A DNA stretch of 64,000 nucleotides from Chiloscyllium plagiosum. Lineage: Eukaryota. Of this stretch, positions 25,256-37,499 are shown piece by piece. The position numbers and the translations under genes are program-made. The notes under the pieces were generated by a model. The model did no database searches, was not told the origin of the DNA, and saw only the letters and a list, made by a program, of their open reading frames with translations. The stretch covers positions 18,514,542-18,578,541 of the forward strand of contig NC_057750.1 in the NCBI RefSeq assembly GCF_004010195.1. The letters run 5' to 3'. Numbering within the stretch: position 1 is the first letter of the stretch; each line of letters starts with the position of its first letter.

Positions 25256-25724
25256 TTAATTTTAAATTTTCTTTTAAAAAGGAATACCACTTAACAAAAC
25301 TGACTTTCAAAACTAGCCAGTTTAGGAATCATGTTCTCCCCGCCATTAAAAAAAATCAGAAACCAACTGCAGCAGTAATACACTGATTGTGGTCTAGCAA
25401 GCACAGAATCAGTTTGCTAAACCAAGGAGAGTCTACCTTTTGGTTTTTTCGGTCAGCCAGGGCTTTCCTGATTGTCCCAGGTTAACAGTGCACACTGACT
25501 GTGGCCCAGCCAGCGTGGAGTCCATCCCCTTCCTGACACAATTGGGGAGTCCATGACACTAACAGAGCTTCCTCAGACCAGCTCTCAGAGAGCAGAACCC
25601 CTGACAAGCCTGTTCTTTTTTTTCTCTAGAAAAGAAAAGCCAGAAAACAATCACAATAAACAATTAAGAAGAAACAAAAAACTTCAAAGTAAACTCTTCC
25701 TCTGCCTGGGAAGACACCAAAAGT

Positions 25725-26560
25725 ATCAACGAGGTAAAAACAATGACTGCAGATGCTGGAAACCAGATTCTGGATTAGTGGTGCTGGAAGAGCACAGCAG
25801 TTCAGGCAGCATCCTAGGAGCTCTGAAATCGACGTTTCGGGCAAAAGCCCTTCATCAGGAATAAAGGCAGTGAGCCTGGAGCGTGGAGAGATAAGCTAGA
25901 GGAGGGTGGGGGTGGAGAGAAAGTAGCATAGAGTACAATGGGTGAGTGGGGGAGGGAATGAAGGTGATAGGTCAGGGAGGAGAGGGTGGAGTGGATAGGT
26001 GGAAAAGGAGATAGGAAGGTAGGACAAGTCTGGACAAGTCATGGGGATAGTGCTGAGCTGCAAGTTTAGAACTAGGGTGAGGTGAGGGAAGGGGAAATGA
26101 GGAAACTGTTGAAGACAACATTGATGCCCTGGGATTGAAGTGTTCCAAGGCGGAAGATGAGGCGTTCTTCCTCCAGGCGTCTGGTGGTGAGGGAGCAGTG
26201 GTGAAGGAGGCCCAGGACCTCCATGTCCTCGGCAGAATGGGAGGGGGAGTTGAAATGTTGGGCCACGGGGCGGTGTGGTTGATTGGTGCGGGTATCTCGG
26301 AGATGTTCCCTAAAGCGCTCTGCTAGGAGGCGCCCAGTCTCCCCAATGTAGAGGAGACCGCATCGGGAGCAATGGATACAATAAATGATATTAGTGGATG
26401 TGCAAGTAAAACTTTGATGGATGTGGAAGGCTCCTTTAGCGCCCTGGATGGAGGTGAGGGAGGAGGTGTGGGCGCAGGTTTTACAGTTCCTGTGGTGGCA
26501 GGGGAAAGTGCCAGGATGGGAGAGTGAGTTGTAGGGGGGCGTGGACCTGACCTGGTAGTA
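25725..26560 (-). mobile_element. Penelope-like element 3' part (GIY-YIG end plus terminal repeat)
   Basis: AQHFNSPSHS..RRLEEERLIFRLGTLQSQGINV; hammerhead-like core at 25831-25858. Confidence 0.85.
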
Positions 26561-26689
26561 TCAGTATCAGACTCCTCTCCTCTTTAATACAATGGGAAGA
26601 AAGAGCAGAGTCTTTCACTCCACACTGACCCAGAGCACTCAGAGGCTGCTCTCAGAATCAATAGAACCTCTGACACTCCTGTTTGTTGT

Positions 26690-27215
26690 ATTTTATAAAA
26701 TCCCAACACTATCCCCTAACTGCGGTAGTGCTTATATTTTCCCCAAGCACCCATGTTGTCTGTATGCTGACACAAGATTTACAACTCTTTATTCGATTTC
26801 CACCCAAGAAAGGAAGGAAACACCCAAGTGGCCCTTGACAAGCAGTGCCCTTTACATCGAAGGGCAATGCTGCATGGTCAAACAGTGAAGGGGAGGGGAG
26901 AGCATAAATCAAAATTGAGTTAGAGGGGAAAATAACGCATTCTACTCCCTGTGGTACCCAGCTTTCCCTGAAAATCTTGAGGGTGTTAGTGGACACCACG
27001 TGGTCCTTCTCCAGGGATACCCGGGCTCTGACAGAACCACGGAAGAGTGGCAGGCAGTAGGCTGTAATGACTACCTCCACGGCTAGCTGCCTGGACCCGC
27101 TTATGACCAGTTTGGCCAGGCCCAGGAGCAGACCCACGAGGTGATCCTCTGACCTACACCCCACCCCACCCCACTCCCCCGCCACACCGGGTGCCCAAAG
27201 ATCAGGAATGATACT
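26690..27215 (-). mobile_element. Third L1-Tx1-like 3' end
   Basis: LLLGLAKLVISGSRQ..LFRGSVRARVSLEKDH. Confidence 0.7.
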
Positions 27216-27944
27216 TTCATTTTCAGATAATTTTTGTTATTCTAAACTTGATTTTCTTTTGTTTGTGCGTAACCAAATTCTATTTTGTTTAAAACTGAGT
27301 GCTTGGGCTGGCTGCATCAATCCTGGTATAGCCACTATACATCTGCTTAAAACAACAAGAAAAGTCAGTGGGCTACCTTCTTAAAATGTTTTGAGGGGGT
27401 CTGGTCTGATTGATAACAGTGGAGAGAGAAACAGAATTAACGTTTTGAGTCTAGCATGTCTTCAGGTCACTGAGCTTCAACATTGTGTATCACTCACACA
27501 ACTAACAAATGGAACAAAAATAATAACAAGACTGGAAAATACGAACAGAAAGTGAAAAAAGACTTGCATTGCTCTGGTTCATGAAGGCAGCTCCTCACCA
27601 TCTTCTCCAGGGCAATCACGGGTGGGTAATAGATGCTGGTCTTGCCAGTCATGCCCTGATCCAATAACAAATAAAACTCAAAACAAGCTGCAGAGGACGC
27701 TCTAGGATCACGATACACACTAGTACCTTGAAAGTTATTCAATATTTACAGTGTCAGAGAGAGGACATTCAGCCCTTCTGGCCTGCACCACCAACCAGTT
27801 ACGGTTGATCTGTTTAAATACATTGACTAAAAAAAAACCCAGTATTAAAATGGCTACCGGCATCAAATGTTTTTTTGGAAGATGTTTTTGCGTCAATAAA
27901 TGCTTCCTTATTCACTCCATGAAGGCCAGAACCTAATTATGAAA

Positions 27945-28297
27945 ACATAGAATTTCTATCGTGTGGAAACAGGCCATTTGGCCCAACAGGTCGACACCGC
28001 CCCTCCAAAGAGTAACCCACTCAGACCCATTCCCCTACCCTAAACCTCTGCATTTACCCCTGACTAATTCATCTAACCTACAGTCCCTGGACACTATGGA
28101 CAATTTAGCATGGCCAATCCAGCCTAACCTGCACATCTTTGGATTGTGGGAGGAAACTGGAGTACCGGGAGGAAATCCACACAGACACAGGAGAATGTGT
28201 AAACTCTACACAGAAAGTCACCCAAGGCAGCAATTGAACCCGTGCCGCTTGGCGCTGTGAGGCAACGGTGCCAAACACTGAGCCACCTTGCCGCCCC
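27945..28297 (-). mobile_element. tRNA-derived shark SINE
   Basis: Same family as 35381-35713. Confidence 0.8.
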
Positions 28298-29484
28298 TAA
28301 AAATTGAGCCTCATTTTTCTCGGCACTGGCAGTAACCATGATGTCTAATTATTTGACTATAATAGCAAGCAGGGAATCCTATGGCTGGTAACCTACCTCT
28401 CAAATCTCTGAAGCCAGTCCTGCATTTGTAATTTGCAAGTCACGACTGTGATTGAATCACCTTCACTTCATTGCATAAGTAAAATCCCAACAACACCAAA
28501 GTAATTTGACACTGTCCACGATATAGCAGCCTGCTTGACTGGCATCCCATTCATCATCATCAACCTTCACTCGATCCACCACTAATGCGTAATATGCCAT
28601 CTACCAGATACAGCAATTTTGTCTCGGCAAGGACAGTGCGGTGGTCACTCTTACCAAAGCTGTCAAGGGCAGATGCATCTTCAGTCGGTAGTTTGATATG
28701 AATGTGGTCAGGTATGTTCTTCCCTCTAGTTGGTTCCTTCACCACCTGCGGCAGACTCAGTCTAGCGGCTATGTCCTTTAGGACCTGGCCAGCTTGATCT
28801 TACTACTGTCAAGCCAGTCTTGGTGGTGAGCATTGAAGTCCTCCATCCAGACTACGTTTTGTGGCAATGCCACCATCTGTGCTTCAACATGGAGGAGTAC
28901 CGACTCATCAGCAGAGGAAGGACGATAAGAGGTAATCAGTTGTCCGTGTTTAATTTGATGCCATGACGCTTCATGGAACCTTTTGTAGGATGTGGCTAAA
29001 TTGTCAGCATTCGTTGCCCAGTTGCACTAGAATTGGGTCAGCATTGCAGAGGGCAGTGAAGAATCAACCACATAGCTATGCGCCTGAATCCAATGTAGGC
29101 CACCCGGTCGAGGTGACAGATTCAATCCCATAAAGTATATCATTTGATGTTTCATAATTTCATGGTCACCATTACTAAAACTGCATTCAAATTCCAGGTT
29201 TATCAACTGAATTCAAATTCTACCAAATGCCCTGAAACGGAGTCATCAAAGCTTCACCCTGGTCCAATGACACTGCTTCACGCCACCGCCTCAATGGAAC
29301 GACAGTGACGTGTACAGAAGGGGCGTGACTTATCAGCGAGGGAGGGACTTGTTCAAGAATTGGTTTATTACCTTGACATTTCATTTTTCTCGAAATCATT
29401 TAGAAGGAGATGGTTTAACCCACAATAAGTTTGGATTTTTTTTCTCGTTCTTTACCTCATTACAAAGAACGTTCACGGTTCAAA

Positions 29485-29966
29485 ATGTATCTGTTATTGA
29501 GCTTCACGATTGTATTTCAACGTAAGCGATTCTCGATGCAACCATTTTTTTTTAGCACCCATCGTTTACCATTTATTCCTTGTTTCGCTTCCAAATTCTT
29601 TCTTTCCTTCTCTGCTGCACCAGAACAATGTCCCTGTTTATTGATCTTTGCCTCTTCCGATTTCTTTCTCAGACGTGAATTCCGCGACGGTCCTCCAGAC
29701 TCCCTCAATTGTCTCCAAATCTATTACCGAGAGAGTGGTGTTGAAATGCACGGTGGAGGGAAAGAGTACAGGTACCATGTACTGGTACAGACAAAATCCG
29801 GGGAAGGAGCTACAGCTGATGTTTTATTCTACATATGCACCCAGCGTGAATAAAGGGGAGGCGGCGGGTAATTTCACAGCCGAGCGATCGACTGGCTCCG
29901 ACTTTAACCTGGAGTCTTCCAGCCTAAAGGCAAATGACTCGGCATGGTATTACTGCGCCTGGAGTG
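29485..29966 (+). CDS. TRBV: TCR V segment V6 (subfamily C). Leader 29485-29521, V exon 29673-29966
   Basis: Leader MYLLLSFTIVFQ, GTAAG/TCTCAG splice sites, VNSATVLQTP..LKC..MYWYRQ..SAWYYCAWS. Confidence 0.9.
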
Positions 29967-30005
29967 CACAGTGACTCAGAGAGAAAGAACAGCTCAACAA
30001 AAACG
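29967..30005 (+). promoter_or_regulatory. 23-RSS of V6
   Basis: CACAGTG-23 nt-ACAAAAACG. Confidence 0.95.
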
Positions 30006-31606
30006 TCAAAGGCAGTATGAGCAGCGGAGAATGACACTGCTCATTGCATCCTCATGTCCGTATTTACTTCTTGCATGGAGTCCCATTTAGTCAAATTGTA
30101 TGTGGCAAATGAGATACATAAACACTGCCAAAGTTGAGCGAAAGTATTTGTTAATGATGTCATTAGATCTGTTTGGTTATAACCATCAGAAAATACTGAA
30201 AAGATTCAGGATATTTTCCCTAGTAAAGGAAAGGCCGAGGGGTATAAGCGTTTAAAACGATGAGCGATTTATCCAATCAGCGGGGAGAGACCATGTTCAA
30301 CAGCAGCAAGACGTAGACAATATCCACACTTAGAGTAAAAAAAGTGGGAAGTAACATTAACGTCACAAAGATGTCAGACAGTGACCATCTCCAATAAAAC
30401 AATCCATCTACTGCCCTTGACAGTCAATGGCTTTATCATCACTGAATCCTCTATTATCAATTTACTTGGCTTAGCACGGATTAGAAACTGAACTGGACTC
30501 ACCAGATAAAGACAGTGGCTACAATAACAAGTCAGAAGTTAGGATTCTGGCAACACTTCCTGACTCACTGAAACCTGCTCTGCAAGGCACAAGTCAAGAT
30601 AGATTACTCCTGGATGGGCGCAGCTCCAAATTCACGCAAGGAACTTGAGGCCATTCAAGACTAAGTGGGATTGATCGGGTCCACATCCATAAGCATTCAC
30701 TCCCTCCATCACCGAGGTTCAGCAGCAGCAGTATATGCTATCTACGCGGTGCACTGCGGAAATTTAAAAACGATCCTTCGACAGCACCTTCCAAACCCAC
30801 GGCCACTTGCATCAAGAAAGACAATGGTAGCAGATAGATAGGAACACCACCAGCTCCAAGATTCCCTCTGCGCCACTCATCACCCTGAATTGGAAATATA
30901 TCGCCGTTCCCTCAGTATCATTGGATCAAAATACTAGAGGTCCCTATTTAACAGCATTGTGGGTCTATTACAGAACATGGACTTCCCTGAAGGCAGCTCA
31001 CCACCAGCTTTTCATGGGCAACTAGAGACGGGCCAGCTAGCGACCCCATGTCCCGCAAGTGATTAAATAAAAAGTTCCCAGCTTGCACGGTGTGCAAAAT
31101 TGGAGACCACCGTTAAAGGTAATGAGTAATAACTCGAATAGAAAATACAGCCGCAGTCTATTTGATAGGAGTTAATACCCTCAGTCTTGAGCCTCCTTGC
31201 CAAAAGTGGGAGGATGATGCTTGAGCCGTTCGAGTCCATTACGCAGGATCACAAGGTGATTTCCATCCGTTTCTTTAATTGAAATATGAGGAGGCTATTC
31301 AGCCTCACCTAATCGGTCACCCATGAACAGGATAAACCATTCAGTATGGCTTCAAGGTGGAATAGGATTGTCCTTCATTGGGAATTCAGACCTGAGGAAT
31401 TATGTTTCTGATTTGCAAAATAAAAGAAAGGTGTAGGGGGTGAGAATTATTCTGATTGGTTGAGCAAAGTAAGGGCGCGTCCAAAATGTCCTCACTACTT
31501 CTCTAGATGTTCCTCAATAATTTGAAGAGAACGAGGTAACTCCTGACAAGGCTTAAAATCTCCATTCTTCTTCCCTTCCCCTTTAAGAGGAAATTCGGAA
31601 ACGAGC

Positions 31607-32094
31607 ATGATATCTCTTCCTGCCTCAGATTTTCCTATTTCACCGTAAGTGAACCTTCCAGGTATTGACTTATTAGGGAACCCTATATTCTTTCTATTTC
31701 CCTCTCTCAGTGGCCCAAAAAGTGACCAGTTACTGATCTCTTCCTGTCTGCCACAAACAGAAACTCACCGACAATCGGTCAGATTTCCCTCTCTGTCTCC
31801 AGGTTTCACGGGGACAGTGTGGAGGTGAACTCTACTCTGGAGGGAGACACTTTTATCCCTGTCATGTACTGGTACAGTGAAGCCCCGGGGAAGGAACCGC
31901 ACCGAATGTTTTAGTCTATCGGTACCAATGTGGTGCAAGGAGCGGGGTCTATGGGCGGTTTCTCTGCCAAGTGAGCGAAGGACAAGGAGCTCAACATGGA
32001 GTATCCCAGCCTGAAGGCAGATGACTTGGTCGTGTACTACTGCGCCTCCAGTGTTCACGGTATCTCAGAGCGAAGGAGCAGCTCGACTAAAAAG
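31607..32094 (+). pseudogene. TRBV: TCR V pseudogene ending in YYCASS
   Basis: Frameshifted leader 31607-31644 with GTAAGT donor; first Cys replaced by Ser; in-frame stops TAG 31912-14 and TGA 31972-74; VYYCASSV; degenerate RSS CACGGTA-23-ACTAAAAAG (32056-32094). Confidence 0.9.
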
Positions 32095-32948
32095 AACTGA
32101 AGTTGTCAGGAAACAACTGTGAAGGACACCGCAAGCAGTGCTCCAGCATGTTATGTTTATATCTTTCTTCTTAGCAGATGATTGGTGTTTGTGCAAAGAG
32201 ACGCATTAGAATATCAGAATGACAATAAGTACTGAAACATTGAAAAGATAATATTTGCAGTTACTGCATAAGGAAAGCCTGCCACTGTCTGCACTTCAGC
32301 AAACGGACTTGGGCTTTCTTCACTGACTATGCTGTTTCTCCACAGGAGCAGGAGAGGGCGCTCTAAGACAACAGAGCATAGCCCTACCGAGATTTAGACT
32401 GAAGATGAACAAGAGGAGGCCAATCAGCCAATCACACATGTGAGATAAGAGCAGGTGGTGGACATTCGGCCCCTCGGTCCTGTGATAGTAGAGTAGTCCA
32501 TTCAGTCTTATGTCGAGCCTGTTACATAAGATCAGGAGGAAGCTGTTTCATTCTGCAGTCCATAGTTCGGAGTTCTACAAAGCAAGGACAAAGGTCTTAA
32601 ACCCATCGAGTCGCTTCGTCGTCAAGCTGTTCATTATCTTTAAATTATCTGCTCCTGATCCAACTATTTACCTACTCTGTTGAGCTCTGAGGTTTTATAT
32701 TGAATATTTTATCCCTTTTTTCTAGACTCCCTCAGACCAGAGGAAATAGTTTCTGTCCATGTTATTTGTACTGCATATTAGAAAATTCATTCAGCTTTAC
32801 ATCGAATCTTTTATATACAAATGAATGGAAGATAAGTGTATGGATCAAAAGCTATTAATTTAACCGTAAAACAACCCAGGGAGCATTTTAATGAATCTGC
32901 ATTATAAGTCACCCAAAGCCCAGATGTAAGTTGATTTCTGATGGAGTC

Positions 32949-33240
32949 GAGAATGTTGCACTGGCAAAGCTCAACAGGTCAGGCAGCATCCGGGGAGCGG
33001 GAGAATGGACGATTCGGGCATAAGCCCTTCATTAGGATGAGAACTTCTTCAAGGTAGGTATTCTTGGAAGGCGCTTCACAGTAGGGTTGAAATCAACTAG
33101 GAGAAAATGAGGACTATAGATACTGGAGATCAGAGTTGAGACTGTGGTGCTGAAAAAGCACAGCATGTCAGGCATCTGAGGAGCAGGAGAATCGACGCTT
33201 CATCGGGATGAAGGGCTTATGCCTGATACATCGATTCTCC
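32949..33240. mobile_element. Penelope-derived mini-element (tandem and inverted terminal repeats)
   Basis: 17-bp TSD TGATTTC[TA]GATGGAGTC (32932-48, 33241-57); empty paralogous site near 54135. Confidence 0.75.
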
Positions 33241-35380
33241 TGATTTCAGATGGAGTCAGTCCACGTGTTTGGAAAACTGAAGTACTTGTTCCAGTGTCTT
33301 TGTGATTAAAAATCAACATTAATTTATTGGTTGTATCCAAAATAAAAGCTTCTAAATAAGGATTCGTGAATTTGAATCTTTTTGCCTTGAATCAGAGTGA
33401 ATGCAAGATACTAAACTTTGACAGGTAACTCCAACTTACACAGAGTGTTGATTGATGGAATGGAAACAACATTCCCCATGGCGAAATTCTGACGTAACGA
33501 TCTACCTCGGTGATGTCTGAGTAATTAGCTGATTTGTGGATCCTTCTGCATCGCCATTCCAAATATGGTCCATCGTGCGGGAATCTATCAGTAGATGCCT
33601 CACCTCCTGACTCCTCAAATCCTGCCTAATATCTGCAAGGCACAAGTCACGAATGTTTTTGCACGTACCTGGATATGTCCAACGTCAACCATACTCTAAA
33701 AGCTTGACACCATCCTGGGTAAAGCAGCCTGCTTGATTGGCACCACATTCACAAGCATCTGCTCCCTCCACCACCAATGCTCAGTAGGAGAAGCATGTGT
33801 TACATACAAGATGCACTGCTGAAATTTAGGAATGATCCTTAGCCAGCACCATCAAAATCCACGACCACTTACATTAAGAAGGACAACTGTAGCAGAAATT
33901 GCAAGATCATCACAATGTTAGTCACCATCCTGACTTGGAAATAATGTAACCGTTTTTTCATTGTTGGCGGGGAAAAATCCTGGAATTCCCTCCCTAAAGG
34001 CATTTTTGATCAACCTACAGCACATGAAGTGCAACAATTTAAGAAGACAGTCCACCACCATCTTCTCAAGAGCAACTAGTGACAGACAATAAATACTGGC
34101 CAGCCAATGTCACCTACATTCCACCACTGAATAATAAAAAAAACAAATTGATACGCAGTGAAGCCAACGTGTACCACCTTCGAGATGGACTGCAGACATT
34201 CATAAAGGTGCCTTAAGCAGCAGTTTCGAAACTCACCACCAATACCATCTAGAGGGACAAGAGCAGTAGATACATGGGAGACCACCATCTGCAAGTTTCC
34301 CTCCAAGCCACACATCACCCTGACTTGGAAATATATTACCACTGAAAAAAAAAACTATAGATTCTGGAAATGAGAGACTAAAACAGAAATTGCTAGAAAA
34401 ATTGAGCAGAAATGGCAGCATCTATGGAGATAGAGCAGGGTTAATGTTTTCTGACCCCGTGATCCTTCATCAGCACTCAGGTGTTATCGTTCCTTCAGTG
34501 TTGCTGAATCAAAGTTTTGAAAATCCTTTACTAACAGGGTGCCTTGTTACTTAGACTAGAAGATTTGCTGCACTTCAAGACGGCGGCTAAACTATATCTG
34601 TAAGACATTTAGGAACGAGCAGTAATCAATCACTCTGCGTGACCATGCCTTCGGAGCAGGTGAGACTTGAACAGACTCACATGCCATACAAGTACAGTGA
34701 GGAGTAGTAATAGACCACTATGGATAAAATTGTGTAGTTAGACATCTGTCACCCGGGTGAGGAGACAAATGAGAAAGGGAGATTAATTTTAGTCTCCTGA
34801 TGGTTTCTTCTGTTTTTGTTGTCAAGTGGTGAAGCTTCAATCTGGAGTCAGCAATGTTGAAGAAATTCGAGTTCCAAATGAGAGTGATTTTGGACGGGAA
34901 ACATTAATTCTGTTTCTCCCTTTACAGCTGCTGCCAAACCTGCTGAGTTTCTCCATCACTTGCATTATTCCTTATTTCAGATCTCGGCTTTGCTACTAAC
35001 CTTGGGCGACTGTCTGTGTGAACTTTGCACATTCTCCCAGTGTCTGCATGGGTTTTCCCTGAGTGCTCCGGTTTCCTCCTGTCGTCCAAAGATGTGCAGA
35101 TAAGGTGGATTGGCCATGCTAAATTGTCCCAGAGTGTCCAGGGATGTGTGGGCTTGGTGGATTAGCCACGGTATGCTGTTCAGAAGGCTGGTGCAGGCTC
35201 TTTTGGTACAACAGAAAAATAAAGAACGAGAATGAAATTAGTAAGAATGAAAAAAAAACAGAAAGGTAGGCAGTAGTAAATGAAAGAGATGGTGTGGGTT
35301 TTCATCTACTATCACTTTGCTGCCTTTCTCCATTGAGACACAAGTGAGGGCACATTAGGGTCAGTAAACGATTATTTTAA

Positions 35381-35713
35381 TGCGGCACGGTAGCACAGTG
35401 GTTAGCACTGCTGCTTCACAGCGCCAGAGACCCGGGTTCAATTCCCGCCTCAGGCGACTCTCTGTGTGGAGTTTGCACATTCTCCCCGTGTCTGTGTGGG
35501 TTTCCTCCGGGTGCTCCGGTTTCCTCCCACAATCCAAAAATGTGCAGGGGTTAGGTGAATTGGCCATGCTAAATTGCCCGTAGTGTTAGGTGAAGGGGTA
35601 AATGTAGGAGAATGGGTCTGGGTGGGTTACGCTTCGGCGGGTCGGGGTGGACTTGTTGGGCCGAAGGGCCTGTTTCCACACTGTAAGTAATCTAATCTAA
35701 GTAATCTAATCTA
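35381..35713 (+). mobile_element. Full-length tRNA-derived SINE (V-SINE/HE1-like)
   Basis: A box GTAGCACAGTGG, B box GGGTTCAATTCC, central core, (TAATC)n tail. Confidence 0.88.
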
Positions 35714-36697
35714 TAAAATACAAGAGGAGAGATTTCATTGCCAAATCGGGTTCTGTGCTTTACTCTTTATTTTCTGGATGTTTCGGCTGATAAATAATTT
35801 CTCTCTGCCCATTCTGTGGGTTTTAAAAACAATTTTTTCCCCTCTTTCCGTCCTTTCACTTCTGTCAGTGGAAACTGAGGCAATTTGTTTTGATGTATGT
35901 TGCCCTGGTGGGTTCACATCTATGCAGAACAGCCGTGAGACAAAGTGAGTTGGCCAAGTTGTTATATCATTCTACATTGAACTGAACTGAACTGAACTAC
36001 TACGCATACATGTTTGGTGACCGGCAGCGTGGAGGGTCGATTCATGTCGGAGTAGAAAACTGTCAAAAATGATAACGACGGCAACGCATAGGTTGAAGGA
36101 AATGTTTAAATAGCAAACTAGAGAAAAAACGAAAGCAGAGGGAAATGAAGAAAGAAAGGGAAGGCAATATAACAAATTGTTTTGTTGGGTGCCTTTTTTC
36201 AAACGGCCAGCAGAGGCGCTGTAAAGTGTCGACAAACCAATGCCTGGTATTTTGATTTGAAAGGAACACCGAATCAGGAGACAGAATTTGCAGTGCAGTG
36301 AAGATATGACCCTAGGCCAATACCTCGGTGTTGATGTCTCATTTCAGGACTTGATGGTATACAAGTGCATGTAGTATGAAAAGTAACACAGATTGAGTTT
36401 CAACGTGGAACAAGGCAATGCGAGAGAGAAAAGCTGGAAGCCATGAGCTTCCATCACCATTAACCATCACTTTAGTCTGCAGCAGCCAGATGACAACATC
36501 CGAGAGGGAGGACAAGAGACAATCAATGAGAGGCGTTGTCGAGATCTTATTCAGGAGGAGGGGCTGCCGTGCCGCATCATTTCCTTGGGCTCGCCAGGAT
36601 TTCCTCTATGTAATAAAAGAGCAGAATGGCACCTCCCAGGAAACTGCACGCATCTTTGCGCTCCACTGCATATTCAGCGCACGTTTTAAAGTTTAAA

Positions 36698-37216
36698 ATG
36701 TATCTGTTCTTCGGATTGGTGATTTTATTTTACTGTAAGACAATTCTTAAACATGATAGATCTAATTCATAACCTTTACATTTTTTCTACCTTTCAAAGC
36801 ATTTCTTTCTGTCTTTCTCTTTTGTTCTGTCTTTTCTTTTGCCCTCTGTTACAGTTTCTCTTTCTGTCATTTCACTCAATTTACAAATAATCCCAACATC
36901 CGTTTCTCGCTCTTTTCCAGATGCAGACTCACAGACTATCCACCAGACTCCCGCTGTTGTCTCCAGCTCTCCCGGGGATGAACTGGAACTGAAATGCACC
37001 GTTCAGGGTACTAGTAACCCTAACATGTACTGGTACAGACAAGACTCAGGGAAGGGGCTACGATTTATGTTTTACTCCACAGGCACAGCTCACAAAAATC
37101 CAGACGAAGCTGTGGACGGTTTCACCGCCAAGCGGCCCAGTGACTCTGCGTTCAACCTGCACACTTCCAGCCTTCGAGTGGATCATTCGGCCGTGTATTA
37201 CTGCGCCTGGAGTATT
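36698..37216 (+). CDS. TRBV: TCR V segment V7 (subfamily D; closest to TRBV30). Leader 36698-36734, V exon 36921-37216
   Basis: Leader MYLFFGLVILFY; ADSQTIHQTP..LKCTVQGTSNPNMYWYRQDSGKGLRFMFYS..AVYYCAWSI. Confidence 0.93.
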
Positions 37217-37255
37217 CACAGTGACTCAGAGAGAGGGAGCAGCTCAACAAAAACC
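37217..37255 (+). promoter_or_regulatory. 23-RSS of V7
   Basis: CACAGTG-23 nt-ACAAAAACC. Confidence 0.97.
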
Positions 37256-37499
37256 CCAAAGCAGCAGGAAACACCTGTGAAAGAGAGAGGAAGGCAGAAA
37301 TGCTTCCTGTTGTTTTTTTTCTGCTGAAGAGTAACCATGTTTAACACAATTTGAGATGGGTTACTATAAAAGTGAGAGAATACCTAACAATTATTGAGAC
37401 ACAGACTAACGAGGTTGACCCGGAATGGAGAGTCTCTCGCGATTGTTAAAGTATAACGTCAAAATACTTAGATATTATTCACTCTGCATTTCTCCAGAG

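Noticed and set aside
35381-35460. tRNA gene
   Set aside because: It is the tRNA-derived head of a SINE, continuing into the SINE core and tail.
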